This document shows positions 10,131 to 19,411 of a DNA stretch of 64,000 bases, in pieces. Location: assembly GCA_035480575.1 (NCBI GenBank), contig DATIHR010000022.1, positions 750-64,749 on the forward strand, given 5' to 3'. How positions within the stretch are numbered: the stretch's first letter is position 1; the number at the start of each line of letters is the position of its first letter. The position numbers and the translations under genes are program-made. Under the pieces are notes generated by a model. That model was not told the origin of the DNA. It searched no databases and saw only the letters and a program-made list of their open reading frames with translations. The stretch is from Candidatus Saccharimonadales bacterium (GTDB lineage Bacteria > Patescibacteriota > Saccharimonadia > Saccharimonadales > UBA4665).

Positions 10131-11462
10131 ATGAGCCCAATGCACATCGCCCTGTTTGCACATGCGTTCGGACAACGATACGACTTGCCTGTGCCGCTAT
10201 GGCTATACATATATGGCGGAGCTGCCGCGGTGTTGTTGTCGTTTGTGGTAGTTGGCTATTTTGTAGACAAAAAACGCAGCACTGTGCGACCGCCGGTGTT
10301 TATCTGCATGGTGCCGCATTGGGTACGTGTAGCGCTTGGTGTGTTTGGATGCGCGCTATTGGGCCTTATTGTGCTGGCCGGTTTAGTAGGCGGCCAAGTA
10401 CCCATACAAAACATAACGATTACCTTTTTTTGGATTACCTTTTTGCTTGGATGTACGTACCTGACAGTACTGTTGGGCAACTGGTGGCCGTATATCCGGC
10501 CCACGAGCGTACTAGTGCGTTTAGCGGAGCGGCTTGCCGGTGTACGGTTGGGGCCGTTTGTGCGATACCCTGAACGCTTAGGCTATTACCCCGCGCTTGT
10601 AACGTATATTGGGTTGATATGGCTTGAGCTGTTGTCTACAGGTTTTGGCGTAGTGCCGCAAAACTTGGCTTGGGTGTTAGTTGGGTACAGCGTTGTGTCT
10701 GCCACGGGTGCTATTGTATTCGGCGCCCGCGATTGGTACCGGTATGGCGATTTTTTTAGCGTCTTTTTTAGACTAATTGGCGCAATGGCGCCGTTTGTTC
10801 GCAAAGACGGCAACCTGTACGTGCGGCGGCCGCTGACTGGGCTACTGACGGCGACGCACCTGCGTTTTAGCTTGCTGTTATTTGTGTTATTTATGCTGTC
10901 CTCTACTGCTTTTGATGGCCTGCGCGATACCAAGGTGTTTAACCGTTTGCTTGCAGTAATGCCACAACTGTCTGGTCTAGATTTTTGGCTGTTATTGCTA
11001 CTGCCCTGCGTTTTTTTGGCATTGTACATGGCATGTATGGGGGTAATGTATAAACTTGTGCAGTCGGGGCGCACGGTGCGCGAACTGGCGGTTGTCTTTA
11101 GTGTAACGATTGTGCCCATTGCGTTCGCATACAATGTCGCGCACTATTGGACATTGCTCGTCATTCAGGGGCAGCAACTTATTGCGCTTGTATCCGACCC
11201 ATTAGGCTGGGGCTGGAATGTGTTTGGTACGGCGGGCTATACGGTTAACGTTGGTATCGTTGGCGCGTCCACGGTTTGGTACACCCAGGTGGGACTTATT
11301 GTGTTGGGTCACATTGCAGCGGTCTACCTAGCGCACCGTGTTGCCTTGCGTTTGTACCCCGATACAAAGCAGGCGGTGCGTAGCCAGTACCCAATGCTGG
11401 CACTCATGTTGCTGTATACCATGATCAGCTTGTGGATTATTGCCCAGCCTATTACGGCTTAA
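10131..11462 (+). CDS. Polytopic membrane protein (family often labelled fenitrothion hydrolase-like)
   Basis: AHAFGQRYDLPVPLW N-terminus, about 10 TMs, GHIAAVYLAH and SQYPML C-terminal motifs. Confidence 0.65.
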   Translation: MSPMHIALFAHAFGQRYDLPVPLWLYIYGGAAAVLLSFVVVGYFVDKKRSTVRPPVFICMVPHWVRVALGVFGCALLGLIVLAGLVGGQVPIQNITITFFWITFLLGCTYLTVLLGNWWPYIRPTSVLVRLAERLAGVRLGPFVRYPERLGYYPALVTYIGLIWLELLSTGFGVVPQNLAWVLVGYSVVSATGAIVFGARDWYRYGDFFSVFFRLIGAMAPFVRKDGNLYVRRPLTGLLTATHLRFSLLLFVLFMLSSTAFDGLRDTKVFNRLLAVMPQLSGLDFWLLLLLPCVFLALYMACMGVMYKLVQSGRTVRELAVVFSVTIVPIAFAYNVAHYWTLLVIQGQQLIALVSDPLGWGWNVFGTAGYTVNVGIVGASTVWYTQVGLIVLGHIAAVYLAHRVALRLYPDTKQAVRSQYPMLALMLLYTMISLWIIAQPITA

Positions 11463-11474
11463 GCCACTCGCTAT

Positions 11475-12122
11475 TTAGATGTGCCGTTTTAGGGACGTGC
11501 CAAGTTTTAGTAGTACCCAGCTAACCAAAAAGAACAGCGCCATAATGCCTATGGCGTGCGCAGCAACGCCGCCAAGACCGCCAACTTTATCTGGATTAAG
11601 AAACGGGTACGGGTACCAGCCGGTAGCCGCACCGCGCAGGCACACGTAGATCAGGTATGTGCCGGGGAATACCAACCATACCGTGGCCTGGGTGGCTACC
11701 AAATGCGTGCGCGGTGGCTGGTATAGCCAGTCAATAAGCACGGCAACGGGCATAATGTAGTGCACGACTACATTCACCCAAGGCAGCAGGGTGCCTACGT
11801 CTTCGTTACTGAGTAACAGGCCATATACAATGCCTACCAGCACAATTGCAACCACGGCTGCACCGCGCGCCAGGTCGTCCGAGAGCTTAGGGGTACGGTG
11901 CTTCGCTAAAAAGTATGCGCCGCTTAGTAGTACGCCTGCGGCAAATATGTTGGAAAGATTGGTAAAGTAGCTAAAAAAGTTTACGACACTAAAGCTATTG
12001 GTAACATGCACCGATAGCTGTGCGGTAACGGCTAGCAACCCGAGTACGCCGAAAAATATGCGGTACGCAATAAGTAGCTGCCGTTTGGATGGTGTTTTGT
12101 TTGGGTGTGCTTTTTGCTTCAT
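11475..12122 (-). CDS. Pr6Pr/FAR-17a-like membrane protein
   Basis: FFSYFTNLSN, HYIMPVAVLIDW and WYPYPFLNP motifs. Confidence 0.75.
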   Translation of the reverse strand: MKQKAHPNKTPSKRQLLIAYRIFFGVLGLLAVTAQLSVHVTNSFSVVNFFSYFTNLSNIFAAGVLLSGAYFLAKHRTPKLSDDLARGAAVVAIVLVGIVYGLLLSNEDVGTLLPWVNVVVHYIMPVAVLIDWLYQPPRTHLVATQATVWLVFPGTYLIYVCLRGAATGWYPYPFLNPDKVGGLGGVAAHAIGIMALFFLVSWVLLKLGTSLKRHI

Positions 12123-12124
12123 GG

Positions 12125-12979
12125 TTATTTGCAATAATCACTTGTTTTGCCAGCTTTGGCATCGCCGCCAGGCAGGGCAAGGGCCGCGGTTTTATCGGCT
12201 GCGGGCAGGTCGTTCAGCCAACAAATGCCATAGTACGCTTGCGATTTTACATCCGCGTGGGCAGATGCGTATGCGGCATTTTTGGAAGCTTCGTTGGGCT
12301 TACGCAAATCGTAGACGCCAAAATCCATGCTTACATTTAGGGCAGGGTCGGGGAATCCTACGGCGCTGGCAATACTGTCGCCTGCTTTGAATGGTTTAGG
12401 GGTACTAAAGTTGGTCGTTTGCGATTGGTTTGCTTTCGCCTCTGGTAGTCCATCTGCAAGCTGCTGGAATGCATCGCTTAGCGTCAGCAAGTGGTCGTAA
12501 CGCAGCATAATACCGCAGTCGTTTATAAAGTCGAACAAGTATTGCTCGGTACCGTTTTCTAGGTACCGTACTCCATCGACGGCAGTTGCATCCATAGCCA
12601 GCGACACATCGACGTCGTTATCTGTATTGTTGCCAAACAAAAAGCCACCATGTGGTTTGTACTGGTTACGGGTTTGGCCTGGGTACAATATGGCTGTTGC
12701 TTGGCTAATATCTACCGGACTTTGGCTTAAGAGCGGATCCGGGCATGTCGGTGGTGTTGCCGCCGCTTTCCAGGCCGACCCATCGAATGCCCAGCTGGCC
12801 TGCGAAGTTTTATTGGATTTATTGCTTCTATTAACAGTAATTGCATTTTTAAATTCGCTGTTTTTGCCAAACACATAGTAGCCGGCGTATCCAACCACGC
12901 CCAGCATTACTAAAATAAGGAGCACAAGGAACACATGCCCGAAGCCTGCCTCGGAGCGTAATTGTTGTGTAGTTTTCAT
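12125..12979 (-). CDS. Prepilin-type N-terminus fused to an M23/LytM-like fold
   Basis: RSEAG/FGHV then a hydrophobic helix; PHGGF, RYDHL and FKAGDSIA elements. Confidence 0.55.
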   Translation of the reverse strand: MKTTQQLRSEAGFGHVFLVLLILVMLGVVGYAGYYVFGKNSEFKNAITVNRSNKSNKTSQASWAFDGSAWKAAATPPTCPDPLLSQSPVDISQATAILYPGQTRNQYKPHGGFLFGNNTDNDVDVSLAMDATAVDGVRYLENGTEQYLFDFINDCGIMLRYDHLLTLSDAFQQLADGLPEAKANQSQTTNFSTPKPFKAGDSIASAVGFPDPALNVSMDFGVYDLRKPNEASKNAAYASAHADVKSQAYYGICWLNDLPAADKTAALALPGGDAKAGKTSDYCK

Positions 12980-13095
12980 ATGTGTAACTATAGCGTGCCA
13001 GAGTGAGCAGCACAACGTGCTTGTGGTAATACGATAAAGTAGCGACGTTGTTACGTTGACGTTAGTAGTACTATCTTCTATGATGCGTGTCACAT

Positions 13096-14028
13096 ATGGG
13101 GCATCAGGAATACAACGAGTATTTTGTCGAGACTGCTGCGGGCGTGTTCAAGCCCGCTCCCTTAGTGCTTGCCGAGCAATTAACAGCCGACCAGGTCTGG
13201 GAATATAATCGTAATCCTGCACATCAGGGACCTACGGACCTGCGCTTTGAGCAAGGATCGGCAAACCTAGAGCTAGCACTCTGCTTGCCTCGGCCTGAAA
13301 ATCAAGGAGCATTTGCCCGCGCAAAGACTATTTTTACTGATATATATAGGGGCGTCGATTCTCGCAAGCAATATGCTGCAGGCATTTTTTTGGATTACAT
13401 GCCGGTTTACGCTAGGCGTATGGAGTGTGTATCGATTCCATCGTCCACACGCAGGCAGCTATACGAACGTCTTGGCAGGAAAGCGCTTAGCCAAGCACAC
13501 GGAGAGTCGGGTGCCGCGCTAGGCAATTTTTATGAGACAACGTTTTTAGGCTTATGCGCTGGCATGGAGGACGAGCGATACTTAGCCTTTCCTGCGTCCG
13601 TGCGCGAAGAGGCGTCATCGCCACGGCATAAGAACTATAACCACGACGCCTATTGGGTCCATCCTGCGAAAGTTCCAGTCCAGCTTAAAAGTAGCAAAGA
13701 TAGCGACTCTAAGACCTACGAATCCACAGTGCCCAAAATAGCTGTTCGCGACTATATTATGCGGTCTGCAGTTGATGTGTATGGCCAGGATAGATGGCAG
13801 GCAACGCGGCGCAGTAGCCCGCGACGCTACTCTATGCCTCGCAGTAGTATGGCGCAGCTGTTTCGTTTGACGGGCGAATGCATGATTGCCGACGCCGAGC
13901 AACGGCACCTACCTAAAGATAGGGCAGAGTACCTCGCGCTGCTTGAGTATACGATGCAAAGACGCATCGATACCATCTGGGCTAAGTACTCGCATCGTGC
14001 TGCGCAATCATTAATTTCAGGGGAATGA
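13096..14028 (+). CDS. Hypothetical protein, PD-(D/E)XK-like; paralogue 1
   Basis: NHDAYW...VPVQLKS motif; clear paralogue of the next gene. Confidence 0.55.
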   Translation: MGHQEYNEYFVETAAGVFKPAPLVLAEQLTADQVWEYNRNPAHQGPTDLRFEQGSANLELALCLPRPENQGAFARAKTIFTDIYRGVDSRKQYAAGIFLDYMPVYARRMECVSIPSSTRRQLYERLGRKALSQAHGESGAALGNFYETTFLGLCAGMEDERYLAFPASVREEASSPRHKNYNHDAYWVHPAKVPVQLKSSKDSDSKTYESTVPKIAVRDYIMRSAVDVYGQDRWQATRRSSPRRYSMPRSSMAQLFRLTGECMIADAEQRHLPKDRAEYLALLEYTMQRRIDTIWAKYSHRAAQSLISGE

Positions 14029-14039
14029 GGGGGTAGTAT

Positions 14040-14909
14040 ATGGAAGTACCCCCGCAGCTTTTGCTTGCCGAGCAATTAACAGCCGACCAGGTTTCTGTGC
14101 TTAACCGCTACCCTATCCGTGACGATCATCGCCACGGCAAGGCTTATAGCCGGGCCACGAGATATCTAGAGCTAGCGCTCTGCCTGCCTGAGCCCGAGGA
14201 ACAAGAGGAGGCACTGCGGCGTGCTGCAATTCGTTTTACTAAGCTCCAGGAAAGTAGCCGTACGTATGGGTATATGGCTGGTATTTTTTTGGACTACATG
14301 CCGGTCTACGCGAGGCGAATAGAGCAACTCTCGCAGCCTTCAATGCTTCGCAGGCAATTATACGGGCAATTGGGCAAGAAAGCTCTGGGCCTGGAACTCG
14401 AGCGGCCAGGTCGCGATTTGGGTCGTTTTTATGAAACCGTATTTTTAGGCTTATGCGCTGGCATGGAGGACGAACGTTATTTTGCCTTTCCTGCGTCCGT
14501 GCGCGAAGAGGCTACGTCACCCAAGAGTGCCAACTACAATCACGACGCCTATTGGTTACAGAGCGGCAAAATTCCGGTGCAACTAAAAAGCGCCAGATCC
14601 CACGGTGGACAGGCCTATAAGGTCCCCATTATAAGGGTGCGCGATTGTCTATTACGAAGCGCAATCGATGTGTATGGCAAGGGGCCGCTAGAGGCCCGGC
14701 CACGTGCGGGGCCTGGACGAACCTATACAATGCCTCCTGATCGTATGGGGAAGTTGTTTCGTTTGACCGGCGAGCTGATGGTTGCCGATGCCCAGCAACA
14801 GACGATACCAGAGGCCGACGCAGCGTACCTGACAAGTCTGCAAGGCAATATACAGAAGCGGATACGCACCGTTTGGTCTACGTATTCGCTGCCGGTTATA
14901 GAGGCATGA
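14040..14909 (+). CDS. Hypothetical protein, PD-(D/E)XK-like; paralogue 2
   Basis: NHDAYW...IPVQLKS; shares FLGLCAGMEDERY and FPASVREEA with paralogue 1. Confidence 0.55.
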   Translation: MEVPPQLLLAEQLTADQVSVLNRYPIRDDHRHGKAYSRATRYLELALCLPEPEEQEEALRRAAIRFTKLQESSRTYGYMAGIFLDYMPVYARRIEQLSQPSMLRRQLYGQLGKKALGLELERPGRDLGRFYETVFLGLCAGMEDERYFAFPASVREEATSPKSANYNHDAYWLQSGKIPVQLKSARSHGGQAYKVPIIRVRDCLLRSAIDVYGKGPLEARPRAGPGRTYTMPPDRMGKLFRLTGELMVADAQQQTIPEADAAYLTSLQGNIQKRIRTVWSTYSLPVIEA

Positions 14910-14993
14910 CATCGCTGGACTGTGGGTGAGGGTAATCACAGTACACTATTCGTACAGGCAGTATACTAGTAATAAATATAAGGAGGGGCAGGC

Positions 14994-16157
14994 ATGAAAC
15001 GAGCGCGACTGTTGGTGGGGGCAATTGTTATTACTGCGTTCGCGTTATTGGGCGCGGCCCGTATGGCGAGTGCCTACAGCATACACACTGGCGATGCGGT
15101 GAATGTATCGGGCAATAAGGTTGTACAAGATACGGTATACGCTGCCGGCAGCACCGTGAATATTGCAAGCGAAGTATACGGCGATGTCTTTTGTGCCGGC
15201 CAAACGGTTACGATTACGGGTACCGTGCATGGGGACGTTATATGTGCCGGCCAAACGATTACTATTACCGGCCACGTTACCGGCGATGTACGCCTGGCCG
15301 GCCAAAACGTTACTGTCAGCGCACCGGTTACCGGTAACGCCACGTTAGCAGGCCAAACATTTGTACTGTCGTCTTCTGGTTCTATTGGCGGCGATGCAAC
15401 CGTAGGCTCTAGTAGCAGCACCCTTCGCGGGCCTATTGGGCGCGATTTAGTAGTTGGCGGCGGCACAGTCGTTATAGATAGCAGTGTTGGCCGCGACATA
15501 AAGGCCCAAGCGCAATCTATGGAACTGGCCAGTGGCGCACACGTCGGCGGTTCGATTAGCCTGGTAAGTCAGCAAGACGTCAAGAAGGATAAAGGAGCGG
15601 TTGTTGTTGGCAAAATAAGCCGCACCGAACCCACCCACGAACAGGCACGGTCTAAGCACGGGGCGGTGTTTGGCTTTGGGTTTGGCTGGTTTGTGTACTG
15701 GCTGGTGGCGCTGTTGGTTATGACACTAGCACTGACATTGCTATTCCCACGGCTGTTTGTAGGTGTCAGTGCCCATGCAATACCGCGCCCATGGAAAGCA
15801 TTGCTTGTTGGTTTTGTAGCAAGTTTGGTTGTGCCTATTATTGTGCTCCTGTCGCTGGTAAGTATCGTCGGTATACCGCTCGCGATTGTGGTTGCCTGCT
15901 TGTGGCTTGCAGCGCTGCTTGTAAGTGGCCCGCTTTTTGGGTTTTACCTGGGCAGGCTTATACTGCGTGGCCCGTCTAGCCCACTGCTGATCGCATTAGT
16001 AGGCGTCGGCGCCTTAGTCATTTTGTACTTTATTCCTATTATCGGCGCACTGACGTTAGCGGCAAGTACCTGGATTGGCACCGGCATGTTGCTGTTGCAT
16101 ATATTTCGTAGTACCCCAAAGCCTGCATACGGGGCAATCGAGCACAAGTCTAAGTAA
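14994..16157 (+). CDS. Bactofilin-like beta-helix repeat protein with a C-terminal membrane domain
   Basis: Signal peptide; repeated GDVxxAGQTVTITG units; about 5 C-terminal TMs. Confidence 0.75.
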   Translation: MKRARLLVGAIVITAFALLGAARMASAYSIHTGDAVNVSGNKVVQDTVYAAGSTVNIASEVYGDVFCAGQTVTITGTVHGDVICAGQTITITGHVTGDVRLAGQNVTVSAPVTGNATLAGQTFVLSSSGSIGGDATVGSSSSTLRGPIGRDLVVGGGTVVIDSSVGRDIKAQAQSMELASGAHVGGSISLVSQQDVKKDKGAVVVGKISRTEPTHEQARSKHGAVFGFGFGWFVYWLVALLVMTLALTLLFPRLFVGVSAHAIPRPWKALLVGFVASLVVPIIVLLSLVSIVGIPLAIVVACLWLAALLVSGPLFGFYLGRLILRGPSSPLLIALVGVGALVILYFIPIIGALTLAASTWIGTGMLLLHIFRSTPKPAYGAIEHKSK

Positions 16158-16229
16158 AGTGTCTAAATATTGACGGATTACCTCTGTTTTGGTACTATAT
16201 ATCTAGTTTGCCTATCTAGGCACAGATAT

Positions 16230-16304
16230 CGCGGGGTGGAGCAGCGGCAGCTCGCGTGGCTCATAACCACGAGGTCAGAGGTTCGAGTCCTCTCCCCGCA
16301 ACCA
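16230..16304 (+). tRNA. Initiator tRNA-fMet (CAU)
   Basis: C1:A72 mismatch, CTCATAA loop, CCA encoded; TTGACG-17-TACTAT promoter upstream. Confidence 0.9.
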
Positions 16305-16337
16305 AACAAGGCACCCACTTTCGTGGGTGTTTTGTTT
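16305..16337 (+). terminator. Intrinsic terminator of tRNA-fMet
   Basis: GCACCCAC-TTTC-GTGGGTGT followed by a T-rich tract. Confidence 0.8.
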
Positions 16338-16473
16338 TGGTTTTGAGAGTCGGGCTCAAACCTGCGGTAGCATGTATCACAGACACAGCCTGATATAGTT
16401 AAGCTAATGGCCAATAAAGTGAAAGCCCCGCTTGGTGCAAGTCTTGTAGTATTGTCGTCAATTTTAATATTTT

Positions 16474-17427
16474 TTATCCAAATGTGAATGCGTAGGCCTC
16501 GGCGCCGGGTTCGGCAAATGTGATTGTTAGTGTCGCATCTTGTACTACACCTTGCTGGCGAATAAGTTGGTATAACCGGCCGTACTGCAGCAGGCCTGCT
16601 CCATGCTCGTCGATATCTGCCCCGTGGGCTCTGCCTGGCGCCTTATCGTTCAGGAGCACGCGGAAGGGTATGGGTTTGTGGCTGCCTGGCGACAGCACCA
16701 AGTGCGCATCGCGGGCATGGAAGCGGAAGGCAATACTGCCTCCGGGGCTGGCAAGTACTGCTCGTTCGGCGTCTATGGTCCATGTGCCAGTACATGCCCA
16801 ATGGTTGCGGGCAAGTTGAGCGGGCGCTGTGTAGGTAAGGGGTTGATCTATGAGCGCATTCTCGGGCGAGGCAAAGTTTTGGCCGCGCGCGTACCCCAGG
16901 TATGTCTCGGGCGTGCGCAGGCTGGGCCAATCGGCCTCGGCTTCAATGTTTGCCCCAGTAACGACTACTGGTTTACGTTCCACACCTAATAATTGTTGAA
17001 TAACATGCTCTGATTCCTCGTAGCGTCCCTCGCCGAAGTGTTCGTCGCGAATCACTCCGTTTTTGTTTACAAAGTAGAGCGCGGGCCAGTAGTGGTTAGC
17101 GAACGCGTTCCAAATTGCGTAGTTGCTGTCGACCGCGACGGGGTAGTGAATACCCCGGTCTTTTATTGCTTGCTGCACAGCGGCAACATCTTGTTCAAAC
17201 GAAAATTCTGGCGTGTGCACACCAATAACAACCAGACTATCCTTTTTGTAGGTGTCCGCCCAAGCACGAACGTATGGCTCGGTACGCAGCCAGTTAATAC
17301 ATGTAAGGGTCCAAAAGTTTACCACTACCGCGCTGCCGCGCAATGCATCTACTGTAAGTGGCTTGGTGTTCAGCCATGCAGTTGCTCCGTCCAGCGGGGG
17401 CATATGCAGGCGCTCCGATAGGGCCAT
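16474..17427 (-). CDS. DipZ-like redoxin (thioredoxin fold plus C-terminal beta-sandwich), without a CcdA membrane domain
   Basis: NFWTLTCINWLRT, GVHTPEF, YWPALY, HFGEGRY and TPETYLG motifs. Confidence 0.85.
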   Translation of the reverse strand: MALSERLHMPPLDGATAWLNTKPLTVDALRGSAVVVNFWTLTCINWLRTEPYVRAWADTYKKDSLVVIGVHTPEFSFEQDVAAVQQAIKDRGIHYPVAVDSNYAIWNAFANHYWPALYFVNKNGVIRDEHFGEGRYEESEHVIQQLLGVERKPVVVTGANIEAEADWPSLRTPETYLGYARGQNFASPENALIDQPLTYTAPAQLARNHWACTGTWTIDAERAVLASPGGSIAFRFHARDAHLVLSPGSHKPIPFRVLLNDKAPGRAHGADIDEHGAGLLQYGRLYQLIRQQGVVQDATLTITFAEPGAEAYAFTFG

Positions 17428-17495
17428 GTATTTATTTTATACCTCTTGTGCTAGTCGGCATTGAGCAACAACACCCCTATGTATAATCATTAATT

Positions 17496-18224
17496 ATGAG
17501 TAATGCTATCAAGTACAAGCAGACTTTCGATTTTTTAAGTGCGCCTTTTTTGCCGACCAGTCCCGAGCCGGCGGTTGCATATGGTAGGAGCGACCGGCTG
17601 GTGGCTGTTGCTTTGGGTGATTTAATTGCTGATTCTTTGGTGAGTAAGGCGGTTATTACCGGCGGTGTCGGCAAGGATACGCAAGCTTTACTTACGCAAG
17701 GATACCGCTCTGAAGCTCAATTTTTGAACGCGCAATTGTGGGAGGATTCTTGGGAGCGCGGCTACAAACTGCCCGATGTCTGGCTTGACGAAAAAGCCTT
17801 GCATAGGGGCGAAAATGCACGCAACTCGGTTAAGAGACTTGGCAGATTGTCATCCACGACCGCCGTCGCCCACGCAACCCAATGCCGCAGCCTGGCTGCA
17901 AGCCTTGAGTTTGCGATTGCACAGAAGACTGGTATGCGACCAACAATACACAGGAAGCCGACAGCCTATACATTTAACCCAGAAAATCCTAGCGACCAGG
18001 CCGAGGCAGCACGGGAGCTGTTGATTTTAGCGGATTGGTCAGCAAAGGGCTGGCTGCTCTCGCAGCCTTTCCTGCCCGAAGACCTCATTGATTTTGCCCG
18101 CGACGTACATGGTACCGCGCCAGAACCGGTGTCCTCATTAAAGACAGCAGTATTACATGCCTTACCCAGGCGTTTGCGGCTGCGTGCTATTCAGGCTGCT
18201 GCCAAAGCGCCGGTAGCCAGATAG
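17496..18224 (+). CDS. Divergent YdcF/DUF218-like protein
   Basis: ITGGVG, SEAQ and LDEKALHRGENARNS resemble DUF218 motifs. Confidence 0.55.
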   Translation: MSNAIKYKQTFDFLSAPFLPTSPEPAVAYGRSDRLVAVALGDLIADSLVSKAVITGGVGKDTQALLTQGYRSEAQFLNAQLWEDSWERGYKLPDVWLDEKALHRGENARNSVKRLGRLSSTTAVAHATQCRSLAASLEFAIAQKTGMRPTIHRKPTAYTFNPENPSDQAEAARELLILADWSAKGWLLSQPFLPEDLIDFARDVHGTAPEPVSSLKTAVLHALPRRLRLRAIQAAAKAPVAR

Positions 18225-18268
18225 TACGCCGGCCTTTTGTTTTGGGGAAGGCACGGTACAATAAAGGC

Positions 18269-18682
18269 ATGATTATTACGATTTCCACCCAGGGCCGGCG
18301 CCAGGTCGTAGACCTTACTAAAATGCTTACCGAGCAAGCACGCGGTAAGGACGGCCTTATGAGTTTGTTTGTGTTGCATAGCAGCGCTGCCATTACCACC
18401 GCCAACCTCGACCCAGGTACCGACCTGGACCTGCTTGATGCGCTTGCAGGCATAACGCCGCAATTGCAGTGGCGGCACCCACACAACCCTGCGCATGCGC
18501 CCGACCATTTACTGGCTTCTATTGTTGGCCCTGGTTTAGTGGTGCCGGTTAGCCAGGGCACGGTACGGCTGGGCGAATGGCAGCATATTGTGCTGATCGA
18601 TTTTAACGGCCCCCGGGAATGTGCCGTAGAGGTTACTTTTATAGAGAATTTAAAACGCGACGAGCCGGCATTTCAATTGTAA
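18269..18682 (+). CDS. yjbQ: YjbQ/UPF0047 family protein
   Basis: HSSAAIT, HxHNPAHAPDH and LGEWQHIVLIDFNGPR. Confidence 0.9.
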   Translation: MIITISTQGRRQVVDLTKMLTEQARGKDGLMSLFVLHSSAAITTANLDPGTDLDLLDALAGITPQLQWRHPHNPAHAPDHLLASIVGPGLVVPVSQGTVRLGEWQHIVLIDFNGPRECAVEVTFIENLKRDEPAFQL

Positions 18683-18775
18683 AAACTGTGGATAAACAGA
18701 GGTGTTCGTAAAAGATTCTGCTTGTAAGTTTAGACCATATCGTTACACTAAATAACAAGTGGCGAAAAACACTAA

Positions 18776-18823
18776 TTGACAAAACATAAAAAATATGTAT
18801 AATAATTAGTGTTGTGATCACAA
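18776..18823 (+). promoter_or_regulatory. Sigma70 promoter with a downstream palindromic operator
   Basis: TTGACA(18776)-16-TATAAT(18798); perfect palindrome TTGTGATCACAA at 18812-18823. Confidence 0.7.
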
Positions 18824-18865
18824 ACAAAAACATTCACAAAAAATAAAAATAAAAAAGGTTATGAC

Positions 18866-18961
18866 ATGACAGTCAAAACTAAAAGTGGGCTAAGCTTTGA
18901 GTTCGCAAAAACAAGCGATAAAAAGATACTTGCCCTGGACAGCTTGCTTAGCAAAGTATAG
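18866..18961 (+). CDS. 31-aa small ORF (MTVKTKSGLSFEFAKTSDKKILALDSLLSKV)
   Basis: Only ORF between a consensus promoter and a terminator; AAGG upstream. Confidence 0.45.
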   Translation: MTVKTKSGLSFEFAKTSDKKILALDSLLSKV

Positions 18962-18980
18962 GCAAGTTACCAAAACACCA

Positions 18981-19016
18981 AAGAAAAAGGCCCTACAAAA
19001 CCAGGGCCTTTTTCTT
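18981..19016. terminator. Bidirectional intrinsic terminator
   Basis: 14-bp perfect stem AAGAAAAAGGCCCT/AGGGCCTTTTTCTT between convergent genes. Confidence 0.85.
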
Positions 19017-19031
19017 TTGGTCTTGGATGAC

Positions 19032-19304
19032 TTATTTGCGGTTCGTTGGAACGGCGCGAGCAGACAGTTTGGTAATAACCAGGCTATACAGGAGCGCCCA
19101 AGTAATAGCGTTTACTAAAAAGATACCTAAGCCAATAAAGCAAATGCGTAAAATGGTTCGGCTTGCGTCGTAGTTTAGTAGGCCAACTAGGCCGGCAATG
19201 ATAACGCCACATACACTGACAACAATGTACGTGTGCTGCAGCTTATCGCGCTCGGTGTGCCGACTGTTCCACTTGACAAGCATCGTCTTCAGGGTGCTAA
19301 TCAT
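19032..19304 (-). CDS. Small two-TM membrane protein, apparently leaderless
   Basis: 90 aa; TTGACA-17-TATAAT ends 6 nt before the ATG. Confidence 0.7.
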   Translation of the reverse strand: MISTLKTMLVKWNSRHTERDKLQHTYIVVSVCGVIIAGLVGLLNYDASRTILRICFIGLGIFLVNAITWALLYSLVITKLSARAVPTNRK

Positions 19305-19411
19305 GTGTATATTATAACCTCTTAGCTTTTATATGTCAATTAGTGGCAAATGTTACAGCGTTCAACGTTGTACAGTGCGTATGCTAAAGGAGCCAGGAGG
19401 GTAGGCACAAT

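Noticed and set aside
13096-14909. Diversity-generating retroelement template/variable repeat pair
   Set aside because: No reverse transcriptase in the window, and the differences are not confined to adenines.
16407-16487. 26-aa hydrophobic ORF (MANKVKAPLG...)
   Set aside because: No RBS, overlaps the convergent redoxin stop, and the T-rich DNA explains its hydrophobicity.
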